A DNA stretch of 61,837 nucleotides, filler included, from Candidatus Nezhaarchaeota archaeon WYZ-LMO8 (lineage in GTDB: Archaea; Thermoproteota; Methanomethylicia; Nezhaarchaeales; WYZ-LMO8): the NCBI GenBank assembly GCA_004347965.1. It is 10 parts of 10 records of this genome, joined end to end, with 100 filler letters (N's around TTAATTAATTAA, not from the genome) between each part and the next. Parts side by side here need not be neighbours in the genome. Positions count along the whole stretch, not along the records: positions 15,323 to 22,816 come from QNVF01000049.1; positions 22,917 to 29,999 come from QNVF01000050.1; positions 30,100 to 35,764 come from QNVF01000054.1; 7 more parts are not named here. One strand, 5' to 3'. Shown here piece by piece: positions 20,892-30,797 of the stretch. Each line of letters starts with the position of its first letter. Position 1 is the first letter of the stretch. Under the pieces are notes generated by a model. It was not told the DNA's origin and did not search any database. It saw nothing but the letters and a program-made list of their open reading frames with translations. The position numbers were made by a program, and so were the translations under genes.

Positions 20892-22766
20892 GTGATAGAC
20901 ATGATGGTTAGAGGAGGTTACATGAATAGAATCGCTAGAGTCGATCTCACGAGTAGGAAAATTAGGGTTGAAGAGTTGAGTGATGAGCTAGTGATGAACT
21001 ACATAGGTGGAAGAGGTTGGGGGGCTAAGATAATATGGAGCGAGGTCCCGAGGGGTATAGACCCCTTTTCTCCCGAGAATAAGGTTGTAATCGCAACTGG
21101 ACCCTTAACCGGAGCCTACTTCACTGGAACTGGTAAAACCACGTTGTGCTCTAAGAGCCCCTTAACGGGGGCCTATGGAGATAGCAATGTTGGAGGAAGG
21201 TTTGGTGTTGAGCTAAAGCAAGCTGGCTTCGACGCTCTGATAATAGAGGGTTCAAGCAATGAGCCAGTTTACATAAAGGTCTTCGATGGCGATATAAGCA
21301 TTGAAAGAGCTGAGCACTTGTGGGGTCTAGGTTCTATCGAGACAGAGGAAGTAATTAAGAGGGACTTAAATGACAGATCGATTTCATGCTTGACGATAGG
21401 GCCTGCAGGAGAAAATAAAGTATACTTCGCATGTATAACATCAGATTTTGGAAGGCAATCTGGTAGAACTGGTATTGGTGCTGTGCTAGGCTCTAAGAAG
21501 GTTAAGGCTGTGGTAGCATCAGGCTCTATGGACATACCGATACACGATGTTGATGCTATGGTGGAAGTGGCTCAAGAAGCCTACGATTATTGCTTCAAGA
21601 GTGAGGCCCAGAAGGCTTGGATTAGACAAGGAACCATGCAACTGATACTTTGGAGCAATGAAAACTCAGCACTACCAACCAAAAATATGAGTGAAGCAGT
21701 ATACGAGAAGGCTGAGATGATAAGCGGAGATGCTATGGAGAGCAGGGTTAAGATCGGTAATCACGGGTGCTTCTGTTGTGCAATGCCTTGTGGGCAGATA
21801 TCTAAGGTTAAAGAGGGTAGGTTTGCGGGTACGATAGTCGAAGGTCCCGAGTACGAGACAGCTGCTATGATTGGTAGCAATTGTGCTTTGGACAGCATAG
21901 AGGACGTTGTCAAGCTAAATAGAGTTTGTGACGAACTTGGACTAGACACGATATCAACCGGCAGTGTAGTAGCCTTCACTATCGAGTGCAAGAGAAGGGG
22001 GTTATTGAGGGGGGTTGATGCTGATTACGGCGACGTTGATCGGATAATAAGGCTCGTGGAGGACATAGCTTATAGACGTGGAATTGGTGATCTACTTGCT
22101 CAGGGAACTAAGAGAATTGCAGAAAAGCTAGGCCAGGAAGCGCTTAAGATAGCTATGCAAGTCAAGGGCCTTGAGATATCAGCTTATGAGAGTAGAGCGG
22201 CTCCAGCTATGGCCCTAGCCTATGGAACATGCGATATTGGAGCTCACCACAATAGGGCTTGGGCCATAACCTACGACATCAAAGTCGGTAGGATGCTCTA
22301 CACTCCAGACAAAGCTAAGTGGGTCATATACTTGCAGCATGTAAGATCTCTCTTTGACATATTGACGTGCTGCAGGTTACCTTGGGTTGAGCTCTCATTA
22401 CCTCTAAAATATTATGAGGAACTATACAAGGCTGTTACCGGGATAAACTATGAACTTAAGGATTTGCTTCTTGTAGCAGAAAGGGTCTACAACCTGACAA
22501 GATGTATTTGGCTGAGAGAGTATCCTGAAATGGATCGTTCATGGGATTATCCTCCGCCTAGGTGGTTTGAAGAAGAGCTACCTTCAGGCCCATTTAGGGG
22601 GGTTAAGCTCGATAAGCAGCGTTACTCAGAATTGCTCGACGAATACTATAAGTTAAGAGGTTGGGATGGTAAAGGTAGACCCACGAAGTCGAAGCTTAGA
22701 GAGCTTGGTCTAGAGTTTGTTATTGAAGGGCTTGAAAAATTACATGTTAAGCTTTCAGAGAACTAG
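20892..22766 (+). CDS. aor: Tungsten aldehyde:ferredoxin oxidoreductase family protein
   Basis: KSPLTG, IGPAGEN, GRTGIGAVLGSKKVKA, CFCCAMPC, EGPEYET, DELGLDTIS, YYKLRGWD. Confidence 0.92.
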   Translation: MIDMMVRGGYMNRIARVDLTSRKIRVEELSDELVMNYIGGRGWGAKIIWSEVPRGIDPFSPENKVVIATGPLTGAYFTGTGKTTLCSKSPLTGAYGDSNVGGRFGVELKQAGFDALIIEGSSNEPVYIKVFDGDISIERAEHLWGLGSIETEEVIKRDLNDRSISCLTIGPAGENKVYFACITSDFGRQSGRTGIGAVLGSKKVKAVVASGSMDIPIHDVDAMVEVAQEAYDYCFKSEAQKAWIRQGTMQLILWSNENSALPTKNMSEAVYEKAEMISGDAMESRVKIGNHGCFCCAMPCGQISKVKEGRFAGTIVEGPEYETAAMIGSNCALDSIEDVVKLNRVCDELGLDTISTGSVVAFTIECKRRGLLRGVDADYGDVDRIIRLVEDIAYRRGIGDLLAQGTKRIAEKLGQEALKIAMQVKGLEISAYESRAAPAMALAYGTCDIGAHHNRAWAITYDIKVGRMLYTPDKAKWVIYLQHVRSLFDILTCCRLPWVELSLPLKYYEELYKAVTGINYELKDLLLVAERVYNLTRCIWLREYPEMDRSWDYPPPRWFEEELPSGPFRGVKLDKQRYSELLDEYYKLRGWDGKGRPTKSKLRELGLEFVIEGLEKLHVKLSEN

Positions 22767-22816
22767 TAATTATGCTTTAGTAATATTCCAAGGCCACGCT
22801 GATGGACGACTACGAC

Positions 22817-22916
22817 NNNNNNNNNNNNNNNNNNNNNNNNNNNNNNNNNNNNNNNNNNNNTTAATTAATTAANNNNNNNNNNNNNNNNNNNNNNNNNNNN
22901 NNNNNNNNNNNNNNNN
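22817..22916. other. Artificial contig-joining spacer
   Basis: N44-TTAATTAATTAA-N44. Confidence 0.99.
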
Positions 22917-23061
22917 ATAAAGTAAATGTTCAAGCCAGGCCACAATGAGCTTTTTCTTACTTAAGTAAGAGAGCTCAGGGTAAACCTTTAACATTTTGCT
23001 AGTACATATGAAAAGCAAATCTATGATTGGAATCGATGATAAGAACTTTTGAATTAACTTA

Positions 23062-23937
23062 TTATCGTGAGACATGTCTGCTACTCAGTCTTACCTTATA
23101 ACCGCTATGTAATTTGTGCATCTTCCCTTTAAACTTCTTCAAGAGCTCTGACTCTCCTTTAAGTCCAGTACAATGTCCCACGTATACCTCCTCAACCCCC
23201 TCGACCACTAATTTGTTGACTACGTCGTTTAGTACATCATCATCTACGTTGATGAGGTGGAGTCCACCAATAATTATAGCTCTACTAACTCCTGTAACAT
23301 TCTTAGCTTGCCTGACTATATTCAATATCCCTGAATGTGAGCAGCCAGTTAGCACCACTACTTTATCTTCCATCTTAATAGCAAGCCCACTATCATCAGG
23401 AATTACATCGTCAACAACATTTCCACTCACAATAGTTTTAAAATTTTTAACGGCATAGCTGTCGTCATAGAATCTTTCAACTTCACCTAGGAACCACACG
23501 CCTGGCGCAACCTCTAAGGGCTCCTTAATCAGTAAGAGCTCAAACTCTTTAAGAGCCCTCCTAGCTTCAGTAGGTAAACCCACGTCCAATTTAATTAATT
23601 TGCTAGAGATATAGAAGCAGGGTCTTGTCAGTGCGGGGTGAGCTATCAACGGCTTTCCTTTAAGTACTTCAACAAGCTTGGGTAAACTGCCGGTATGATC
23701 ATAGTGTCTGTGAGAAAGCACTATAACGTCCACATCGCTTAAACTTACTTTAAGATCTCTAACGTTCTCTAAGAGAGCTCTACCAGATCCGCCTACGTCA
23801 AAAAGCACTTTGCGCACATCATCATCGTAATATAGGGTCATCAAAGCGCTGAGTCCATGTTCTCCCAGAAGTGGTGTAAAGCCTGCATAGTCCTCAACAA
23901 GGATTAATATCTCAATACTTCTAGGTATCAGCTCCAC
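23062..23937 (-). CDS. MBL-fold metallo-hydrolase (COG1237-type)
   Basis: EHGLS, LFDVG, SHRHYDH, TGCSHSG, GGLHL, GHCTG. Confidence 0.88.
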   Translation of the reverse strand: MELIPRSIEILILVEDYAGFTPLLGEHGLSALMTLYYDDDVRKVLFDVGGSGRALLENVRDLKVSLSDVDVIVLSHRHYDHTGSLPKLVEVLKGKPLIAHPALTRPCFYISSKLIKLDVGLPTEARRALKEFELLLIKEPLEVAPGVWFLGEVERFYDDSYAVKNFKTIVSGNVVDDVIPDDSGLAIKMEDKVVVLTGCSHSGILNIVRQAKNVTGVSRAIIIGGLHLINVDDDVLNDVVNKLVVEGVEEVYVGHCTGLKGESELLKKFKGKMHKLHSGYKVRLSSRHVSR

Positions 23938-24092
23938 GCACCTCTTATTAAGTTCTCTCTTATGTTTGTGTGAAGCATTAAGTCTTTTTCAAAGGATTAT
24001 CCTACGTAGTAGTCATAAAGCTACATTCCAACTCTCTTTTTGAGAACTAAGTTTAAACTAATGCCCTCAAGCCCTCTTTTTGAGGTGATAAA

Positions 24093-24599
24093 TTGAGAAT
24101 GAAAGTTTTGCATGGGGTAGCAATAGCAGCAGTCGCCTTGCTTCTACTAGTGGGTGTTGGAGGAGCATTAGCAACAACCTATGCTCAGAACACAAACACT
24201 GAAGAACGGATTATTCAGCGCATCGGAGCACCACTTGGCTTTAAAGTGGGAGGCTGGCTAAACTTCAAGCACAAGTTAGGTCTTCTTAGAGTTTCAATTC
24301 AAATATCGTCAGAGTACAATGAGACTTTGATGAACATTCTAAACACAAATAGTGATGCTAAAAGCTTACTAGATCAGGGATATAGCGTTGTATCGGTAAG
24401 ACCGCTTGTGACGGCATATGTTCAAGGTGATGGTACCGTGAGCTTCAAGGCTGAGAAAGCTGTAGTAGTCCTAAGTAATGGTAACGTCGTGGTGGCGTAC
24501 ATAGTGGACATAGTCTCAAGAAGCGTTACTCACATAGCCACAATAAACGTGGGTGCAATAAAAGAGCTTAGTGGTTGTAGTTGCATTCGCAACCCATAA
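24093..24599 (+). CDS. Secreted hypothetical protein
   Basis: Signal peptide (AIAAVALLLLVGVGGALA); GAGGTGA RBS. Confidence 0.75.
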   Translation: MRMKVLHGVAIAAVALLLLVGVGGALATTYAQNTNTEERIIQRIGAPLGFKVGGWLNFKHKLGLLRVSIQISSEYNETLMNILNTNSDAKSLLDQGYSVVSVRPLVTAYVQGDGTVSFKAEKAVVVLSNGNVVVAYIVDIVSRSVTHIATINVGAIKELSGCSCIRNP

Positions 24600-24650
24600 C
24601 CATAAAGGGCTATTCAGGTACCCACCTCCACCATTTATTTACTTTAGAAG

Positions 24651-25145
24651 ATGAAATCTACATGTTATAGGTGCCCAGGCTTGAAGCTAAGGTCGTTGAT
24701 GATCATTATCGTCATAATACTTGCCCTCTCAATTCCGCTCTACGTGTACGTGAGTTACCCAGATGTCTACTTAGAGGAGGAATCGCTTCTTGAGAATAGC
24801 GCTATGAATATTGCTCCATTTAGGCCACCCAAATTCTTAGTGGGCTCCCTAATCTATGGCTCGACAAGGGAGATTTATAGCTTAAGGAAGCCGATGATTG
24901 AGCGTTACGACACTCGCCTAATCTTTAAGCTTGATGAAGCTGGAAAGTGTCCGTTACTGCTCGCACCGACTTATAGTGAGATGTTAACTCAAGAATCATT
25001 GTCGAGGGAAAGGATAGCCGATCTAATAGTTCAGGGAGCGCAGACGATTAAACTGGCATTCTTTAAGACTCAAAGAGGAATATTTGCAGTAGTCTTAGAA
25101 GTTACAATTGACGGTAGGCATTACGTTATTGCGCCAAGAAGATGA
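24651..25145 (+). CDS. Membrane-anchored hypothetical protein
   Basis: Single N-terminal TM (LMIIIVIILALSIPLYVYV); ATGA overlap with next gene. Confidence 0.7.
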   Translation: MKSTCYRCPGLKLRSLMIIIVIILALSIPLYVYVSYPDVYLEEESLLENSAMNIAPFRPPKFLVGSLIYGSTREIYSLRKPMIERYDTRLIFKLDEAGKCPLLLAPTYSEMLTQESLSRERIADLIVQGAQTIKLAFFKTQRGIFAVVLEVTIDGRHYVIAPRR

Positions 25146-25702
25146 TCGTAATGCTAACTCCATACACTGTAGCAGTACTAGTTTCAAGTGCTACATGTTT
25201 AATCTTATTCTGCTACATCATCTACAAGCTTCTAAAGGTGCACGTAAAACTCCAGGCAAAGAGTCTCCTGTACCTATCTTCTTCATTCATGCTGCTAGCA
25301 ATTAGCCAAGTTTTCTCCATTCTTTCAGTCATTGTAGAGTCAGCGAGGCTATCCTTGACTTTTTACACAGCAACATCATCATTTGCAGCCATAGCCTTTC
25401 TCTTAATGGTTATCTCCGTGATCCAAGAAGAGAGGATAGCATTAGCCTTCCCTACACTGATGCTAGTGCCAGACTTCCTAGCCTGCATATTAGCTGCTAT
25501 AGCATCAACCTTATGTCGAAGTAGACAGCTTAAAGCCTACTTGCTGGCTCTATCTATGATTCACTTAGTTCGATGTTTTAGTGCTACACTGATGTCCTTG
25601 GATTTAGGAGCGCTTATGCTAGCATCAGCTGAGCTTGTAAGAGCTTTCGCGACGCTACTCTTTGCAGCATTCCACGTTAGTAGGGTTGTGAGCCGTGAGT
25701 AG
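25142..25702 (+). CDS. Integral membrane protein (about 6 TM)
   Basis: Almost wholly hydrophobic; overlaps both neighbours. Confidence 0.75.
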   Translation: MIVMLTPYTVAVLVSSATCLILFCYIIYKLLKVHVKLQAKSLLYLSSSFMLLAISQVFSILSVIVESARLSLTFYTATSSFAAIAFLLMVISVIQEERIALAFPTLMLVPDFLACILAAIASTLCRSRQLKAYLLALSMIHLVRCFSATLMSLDLGALMLASAELVRAFATLLFAAFHVSRVVSRE

Positions 25703-25982
25703 AGCTAAGAAGAGGAGCAGACTGCAAATCGTCATCGAGGTTCTCGAAGCGTTAAGCCAGTATGATAAACTACACGCAACAGAGCTTTCCCTCATGGTTA
25801 AGCTCTCCTACGATAGGTTGAAGAGCATTTTGGAGGATCTTAGTGAAAGAGGTTTACTAATTCTTGAACGCTCGAAGAATGAACATAAATCATTGATAAT
25901 TAAGCTTACTCCTGATGGGGATCGCTTACTTGAAGAGTTGAGGAGACTTAAGAAACTGCTGGAAGACTACGGTCTAGCTTAA
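25695..25982 (+). CDS. Small winged-helix transcriptional regulator (COG3432/HTH_45-like)
   Basis: KRSRLQIVIEVL..TEL..KLSYDRL..L.ERGL..LTPDG. Confidence 0.85.
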   Translation: MSRAKKRSRLQIVIEVLEALSQYDKLHATELSLMVKLSYDRLKSILEDLSERGLLILERSKNEHKSLIIKLTPDGDRLLEELRRLKKLLEDYGLA

Positions 25983-25994
25983 CATGGGTGGCGA

Positions 25995-26774
25995 CTATAA
26001 GTGCAAAACCATGTCATCGTAAGCTAGCACAATTCCTTCAAACTTTCTTACGTAACTTGTTAACTCCGCAAAGGGCATGTTGTGGTGGGCTATGTGAGTT
26101 AGGACCGTAAGGCTAGCCTTCACCCTGCGACCTATTTCGATCGCCTCATCAATGTTGTTATGATTTGGGTCGTAGAAGTTAGGGTGATTAGTGGCATCTA
26201 TCAGTGCTAAGTTTGTCCCAAAGCTTCTAATCAAATCGACATCCCGATTTGAAGGGCCTCTTCCATCGAAGAGTATGGCTATTCTCGCATTTCCGTCATC
26301 TATCAAGTACCCCAACGTCTCTATCTTGTGAATTAAAGGTATGGGGGTAATCTTGATGCCTTCGTGCTCGAAAGTTTCGTAGGGCTGAACGAACTTCAAC
26401 TTCAAGTTTCTAGGCTCTCTTTTAAACTCGTCGATTAACCCTTCTTTAGGGGCATAAAGGCTTATAGGTCTTGAGGACCATCTAAGTCTGAACAAGCCAG
26501 AGTAGTGATCAGGATGCCAATGCGTTAAGAGTATGAACTCTAAGTCTAAGTCACCTATCTTATTCATGACATCGAAGCCAACATCCACTAGAAAATTGAC
26601 TTTACTGAGAACAAGTATCGAGGTTGGCATCCTCTTAGCAATTGGCATTCTTTTAGCTTCTTGACAGCTCTCACATCTACAATTTAGAGCCGGAATGCCT
26701 TCTGAGGCTCCTGATCCCAGTATCACCAGGATGGTCAAAGTAATCACCATGACCAGGGCATTACGAGTAATCAA
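25995..26774 (-). CDS. PhnP-like MBL-fold phosphodiesterase
   Basis: LGSGASEGIP..CRCESC, THWHPDH, PLIH, NHNN, LTHIAH, AYD. Confidence 0.88.
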   Translation of the reverse strand: MITRNALVMVITLTILVILGSGASEGIPALNCRCESCQEAKRMPIAKRMPTSILVLSKVNFLVDVGFDVMNKIGDLDLEFILLTHWHPDHYSGLFRLRWSSRPISLYAPKEGLIDEFKREPRNLKLKFVQPYETFEHEGIKITPIPLIHKIETLGYLIDDGNARIAILFDGRGPSNRDVDLIRSFGTNLALIDATNHPNFYDPNHNNIDEAIEIGRRVKASLTVLTHIAHHNMPFAELTSYVRKFEGIVLAYDDMVLHL

Positions 26775-26851
26775 AATTATCAGAAGCGGCTAAGCTCATC
26801 ACGAGATCAGAGTCCTATGTCATCATTTAAATCACCTGTAATAGGAGGTCT

Positions 26852-27688
26852 CTAAATAACCTTTACTTCGTCTCTTCTTACTAAAAAGCTTTCAATTCCA
26901 CTACTTCGCGCCACAACTACTGGCATTACCTCTGCTGTCGTGAAGGCTGCAGCCTCATCCTTGATGGTTAGCGCTATCAATCCACAAGGTCCTCTAACCA
27001 TTTCACCCGCCCTGACCAAGCTCTCTCCCAAAGGTAAGCCCCTCTCTTCATAAAATATGGAGATAATCCTGCAGGGCTGGGCCATGATTATGGCTTCTCC
27101 ATAACCAGTAGCACAAGATGCAACGAGTCTCGAAGCCCAGAAGCCAGCCCCAGGTATGGGGCTATCGCCAACCCTCCCGGGCATCTTATTCTTAATACCA
27201 CCAGTACTGACAGCTGAAGCTAATCTTCCCTCCATGTCTAGAGCTACTGCACCCACAGTATCGTTGCCAAACCCATTAGACACTAAGTTCAGTGGAGGAA
27301 GCCCTCTGCTCCTAGCTAACTCATCAGCTCCATCACCTACCATCAGTACGTGAGGGGTATGCTCCATGACGATCCTAGCTAATCTAATAGCATTCCACGT
27401 AGCCTTAACATAGGCAACTGCTCCAGCCCTACCCATCCACATAATTCCAGCGTCGAGACTAGCATTACCTGACAGGTCTTTGCAAGATCCTCTGCCAGCA
27501 TTGAAGATACCACTGCCCTCCATAAATGATACGGCCTCAATAACGGCATCAAGGGCTGAGCCATTACCCTCTAATACCTTAAGTCCTAGTTCGCCGGCAA
27601 ACCTTAGAGCCCTTAAGGCCTCATCAACCTCATAGGCCCTCCAACTACCAGCCCCACCATGCAGGATTATAGATCTTGTGGGAGCCAT
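26852..27688 (-). CDS. Isoaspartyl peptidase/L-asparaginase (Ntn hydrolase)
   Basis: LHGGAG, FNAGRGS, D/TVGAVALD autocleavage Thr, STGG..GRVGDSP, TGYGE. Confidence 0.92.
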   Translation of the reverse strand: MAPTRSIILHGGAGSWRAYEVDEALRALRFAGELGLKVLEGNGSALDAVIEAVSFMEGSGIFNAGRGSCKDLSGNASLDAGIMWMGRAGAVAYVKATWNAIRLARIVMEHTPHVLMVGDGADELARSRGLPPLNLVSNGFGNDTVGAVALDMEGRLASAVSTGGIKNKMPGRVGDSPIPGAGFWASRLVASCATGYGEAIIMAQPCRIISIFYEERGLPLGESLVRAGEMVRGPCGLIALTIKDEAAAFTTAEVMPVVVARSSGIESFLVRRDEVKVI

Positions 27689-27929
27689 CCAACCACCTAG
27701 GGAAAACTTGACAAGGCCACTTCAACAGCATTAATGCACTTTAAGGTGCTATAAGCCTTCTTAGTACAGAGCTTCCAGAACTAAAGGCGTAAGAGAGCGT
27801 GTTGATACGAGCTGTTCTATGAATAGTTTAACTCAACTCAATAAGATGCCGCGACCTTTAAGTCATTGCAGCATACTAGAAGCTACCTTTATATCCCCTA
27901 AACCCTCCACTATTTGTGGTGGATGGTCG

Positions 27930-28073
27930 ATGATGTGCCCATTCTGTCGCCGCGAATTCGTTGATGAGAGATCTCTACGAAAACACTTAGAGGAATGTGA
28001 AGCGAAAGAAGAAGCAAGTAGAGAGATGAATGCTACCCTCAAGACCTTTGATGTCTCAGGTTGCTTCTACTAA
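27930..28073 (+). CDS. Small single zinc-finger protein (C2HC, 47 aa)
   Basis: CPFC-RRE-F-VDERS-L-RK-H-LEE-C; TTTATA at 27888 and GGTGGA RBS support ATG 27930. Confidence 0.65.
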   Translation: MMCPFCRREFVDERSLRKHLEECEAKEEASREMNATLKTFDVSGCFY

Positions 28074-28383
28074 CTTAACATCAACCTTGACATTAACATC
28101 CCAAAAATAAATGTAGCAAACATTAGGCCAGAACCTTAAAAGTTTAACGAATAAAAGCTTCTAGAAACCTTCAGCTATGAATTTGCAGTCATCGCTTTTC
28201 GCTCCTTGATCACCTCCTTCATCACTCTACAAGATCTACAAAGCCTTAGCTCAAGATTTGTGGAATCACCTCTCTAATAGAGATTTCGCTTCTACACTAG
28301 CCCTAAAAGTAGTTCACGGTCCCTCAAGATTGTAGAGTAAGAAATGAAGTACCCCTCCTAGAAATCTTTTTATTTATCAACTA

Positions 28384-29999
28384 ATGAGACTAAAAGATAC
28401 TATGCTACTGTTTGAACCTATAGAGATAGCAGGGATGAAGATAAAAAATCGTATAGTAATGCCCGCCGGTGAGACCAATTTTCATACTCTTGAGGGTGGC
28501 GTTACTGATAGGCTACTTGAGTTTTATCGTGAGAGGGCTAGAGGGGGAATAGGCTTTGCTGTTGTCGGTGTTGCAAAAATAGAAGGGCATTTCCTTGGTG
28601 GTATAGCAGCGCATGACGATAAGTACATCCCAGACCTCAAGAAGATAGTTGACATCTTCCACGAGTACGACGTTAAATGTGCTCTTCAGCTCTGGCATCC
28701 AGGAAGATACGAGATCTCAGTAGACCCGGACAGGCAGCCAGTTGCACCATCTCCAATTCCGCCTCCAATCTTTACTAGGAAGGTCCCAAAGGAGCTCACC
28801 AAGGAGGAAATACTCAAAATAGAGGAAGAGTTCGCTGATGCAGCTTTGAGAGCTAAGAAAGCTGAATTTGACGCTGTAGAGCTCATAGGTTCCGCTGGTT
28901 ATCTAATATCACAGTTCTTTAGCCCTGCAACGAATAAGAGGACAGATGAGTATGGTGGAAGCATTGAGAATAGAGCGCGCTTCGCTATAGAAATCATTCA
29001 ACAAATAAAAGAGAAGTGTGGAGCTAACTACCCAGTCCTCATAAGGATACCTGGTGATGAGTTCATTGATGGAGGCAACACAGTCAACGAGATGAGGAGG
29101 ATAGCAAAGATCTTGGATGATGCTGGTGTTGCTGCTATAAACGTGATGGCAGGCTGGCATGAATCGCGAAGACCGCTGACGACAATTCTAGTACCACGAG
29201 GAGGATTCGCATACCTTGCTGCTGAGATAAAGAAGGCAGTAAGCGTTCCGATAATAGCGTCCCACAGGATTAACGACCCATTCGTGGCTGAGAAAATTTT
29301 GCGCGAAGGAATGGCTGACATGGTTGCTATGTTTAGAGCATTACTTGCTGATCCTGAGTTTCCTAGGAAGGCTAAGGAAGGAAGGTTTGATGAAATCCGC
29401 ATATGTGTAGCCTGTAATCAAGGTTGTTTCGATAAGGTCTTCGAGGGCCAACCAATAACTTGCCTAGTTAACCCGACAGTAGGGCGAGAAGCAGAGTTCA
29501 GAGACTTAAAAGCTGAGAAGAGGAAGAAGGTCGTAATAGTTGGTGGAGGACCAGCTGGATGCATGGCAGCAGAGCTTTTAGCTAAGAAGGGACATGAGGT
29601 CGTATTATTTGAGAAGACTGACAGATTAGGTGGACAACTGAACATTGCCGCAAAATCACCCCTAGCCTACGAGTTTGCTGAAGTTGGCAAGTACTTCATG
29701 AACGTCTTACCAAAGCTTGGTGTCAAAATACGCTACAACACTGAAGCGGATGCTGCTAAAGTTCTTGCAGAGAACCCCGATGTGGTAATTATCGCAGTCG
29801 GTGCTTCACCTCTAATCCCGCCAATACCAGGCGTTGAGAATGCAGTCACAGCTTTCGACGTCTTGATGGGAAAAGTCGACGTCAAAGATAAAGTAGTTAT
29901 AATAGGAGGTGGTGGGGTTGGTTGCAATACAGCTGCAAAACTTGCAGATGAAGGCAAAGACGTTACATTAATTGAAATGTTGCCGAGAATTGGACAAGA
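28384..29999 (+). CDS. fadH: 2,4-dienoyl-CoA reductase-like flavoprotein (FadH type), 3' truncated
   Basis: ELIGSAGYLISQF, GWHE, CVACNQGC..CLVNP, GGGPAG, GGGGVG. Confidence 0.85.
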
Positions 30000-30099
30000 N
30001 NNNNNNNNNNNNNNNNNNNNNNNNNNNNNNNNNNNNNNNNNNNTTAATTAATTAANNNNNNNNNNNNNNNNNNNNNNNNNNNNNNNNNNNNNNNNNNNN
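30000..30099. other. Artificial contig-joining spacer
   Basis: N44-TTAATTAATTAA-N44. Confidence 0.99.
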
Positions 30100-30612
30100 C
30101 CTAAGGACCCTGAGAACGGACTTCTTCTGAGGTGTTAACTTCTTGTACTCCTCGCTTCCACGATACACTGCTATGTACGCTTTATCACCCACTATCTCTA
30201 TAGCCACAACCTTGTCCGGTCTATCTAGATTAACCATAGCACCAGTCGATTCCTTGATTACCGCTCCAACTGCTACGTTGACGTCGACGCTCGTAAAGTT
30301 GTGCTTCCCACGTCTCGTAGTCCTAACAGCAAACGTTTCGTTGGGCCCTATTAATCCCTTAACAGCCTCAGCTGCTATTGACGCTATCTCTCTAAGCTCG
30401 GCTTTACACTCAGCTATGGACTTCATTACTCTCTCAGCTTCTACAACCTCCTTGTTTATCTTATCCAAAAGCTCATACTCGTTCGATGATTCGACCAATA
30501 TCAATCCCATGAAGCCTTGAGGAGATACTTGAATCTTAGCTTCAGGACATAGCTCCTTAATTCTAGCTGCAGCTACCTTATCCATACCCAATAACGTCTT
30601 GACGATTATCAC
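30100..30612 (-). CDS. THUMP-domain RNA-binding protein (probable SPOUT methylase N-terminus), 3' truncated
   Basis: IVKTLLGMDKVAA, TFAVRTTRRGKHNFTSVDVNVAVG, VNLDRPD. Confidence 0.85.
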
Positions 30613-30660
30613 GACCTAAACCCCCAATCTTAATATGGTGGTCCTTGAAATGACTTATTG

Positions 30661-30718
30661 GGGCTGTGAGCGAGCATGCCGCGCCTGATGAGTGATGATG
30701 CCTTCAATATGTGAGCCC
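30661..30718 (+). ncRNA. Box C/D guide sRNA (58 nt)
   Basis: GGGC/GCCC terminal stem; degenerate C box closing a k-turn with D box GUGA; exact D' CUGA and C' GUGAUGA 3 nt apart; two 11-12 nt guides. Confidence 0.7.
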
Positions 30719-30797
30719 ATTAATTCTATGCCATCAATTTTATACTTTTCTGGATAACTACCTCAAATGTTATACGATACAACTATAGCTATCTCCT

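Noticed and set aside
22783..22816. CUGA-UGGACGA D'/C'-like motif at contig end
   Set aside because: No upstream C box and the sequence is cut by the spacer, so it cannot be supported.
22869..23075. Short track ORF running into the spacer, and many antisense ORFs (e.g. 6907-7560, 17229-17813, 43578-44084)
   Set aside because: Shadow ORFs opposite well-supported genes, or without motifs or RBS.
28208..28218. GATCACCTCCT identical to the 16S rRNA 3' end (perfect SD on the minus strand)
   Set aside because: No other rRNA sequence around it and no credible ORF downstream on the minus strand.
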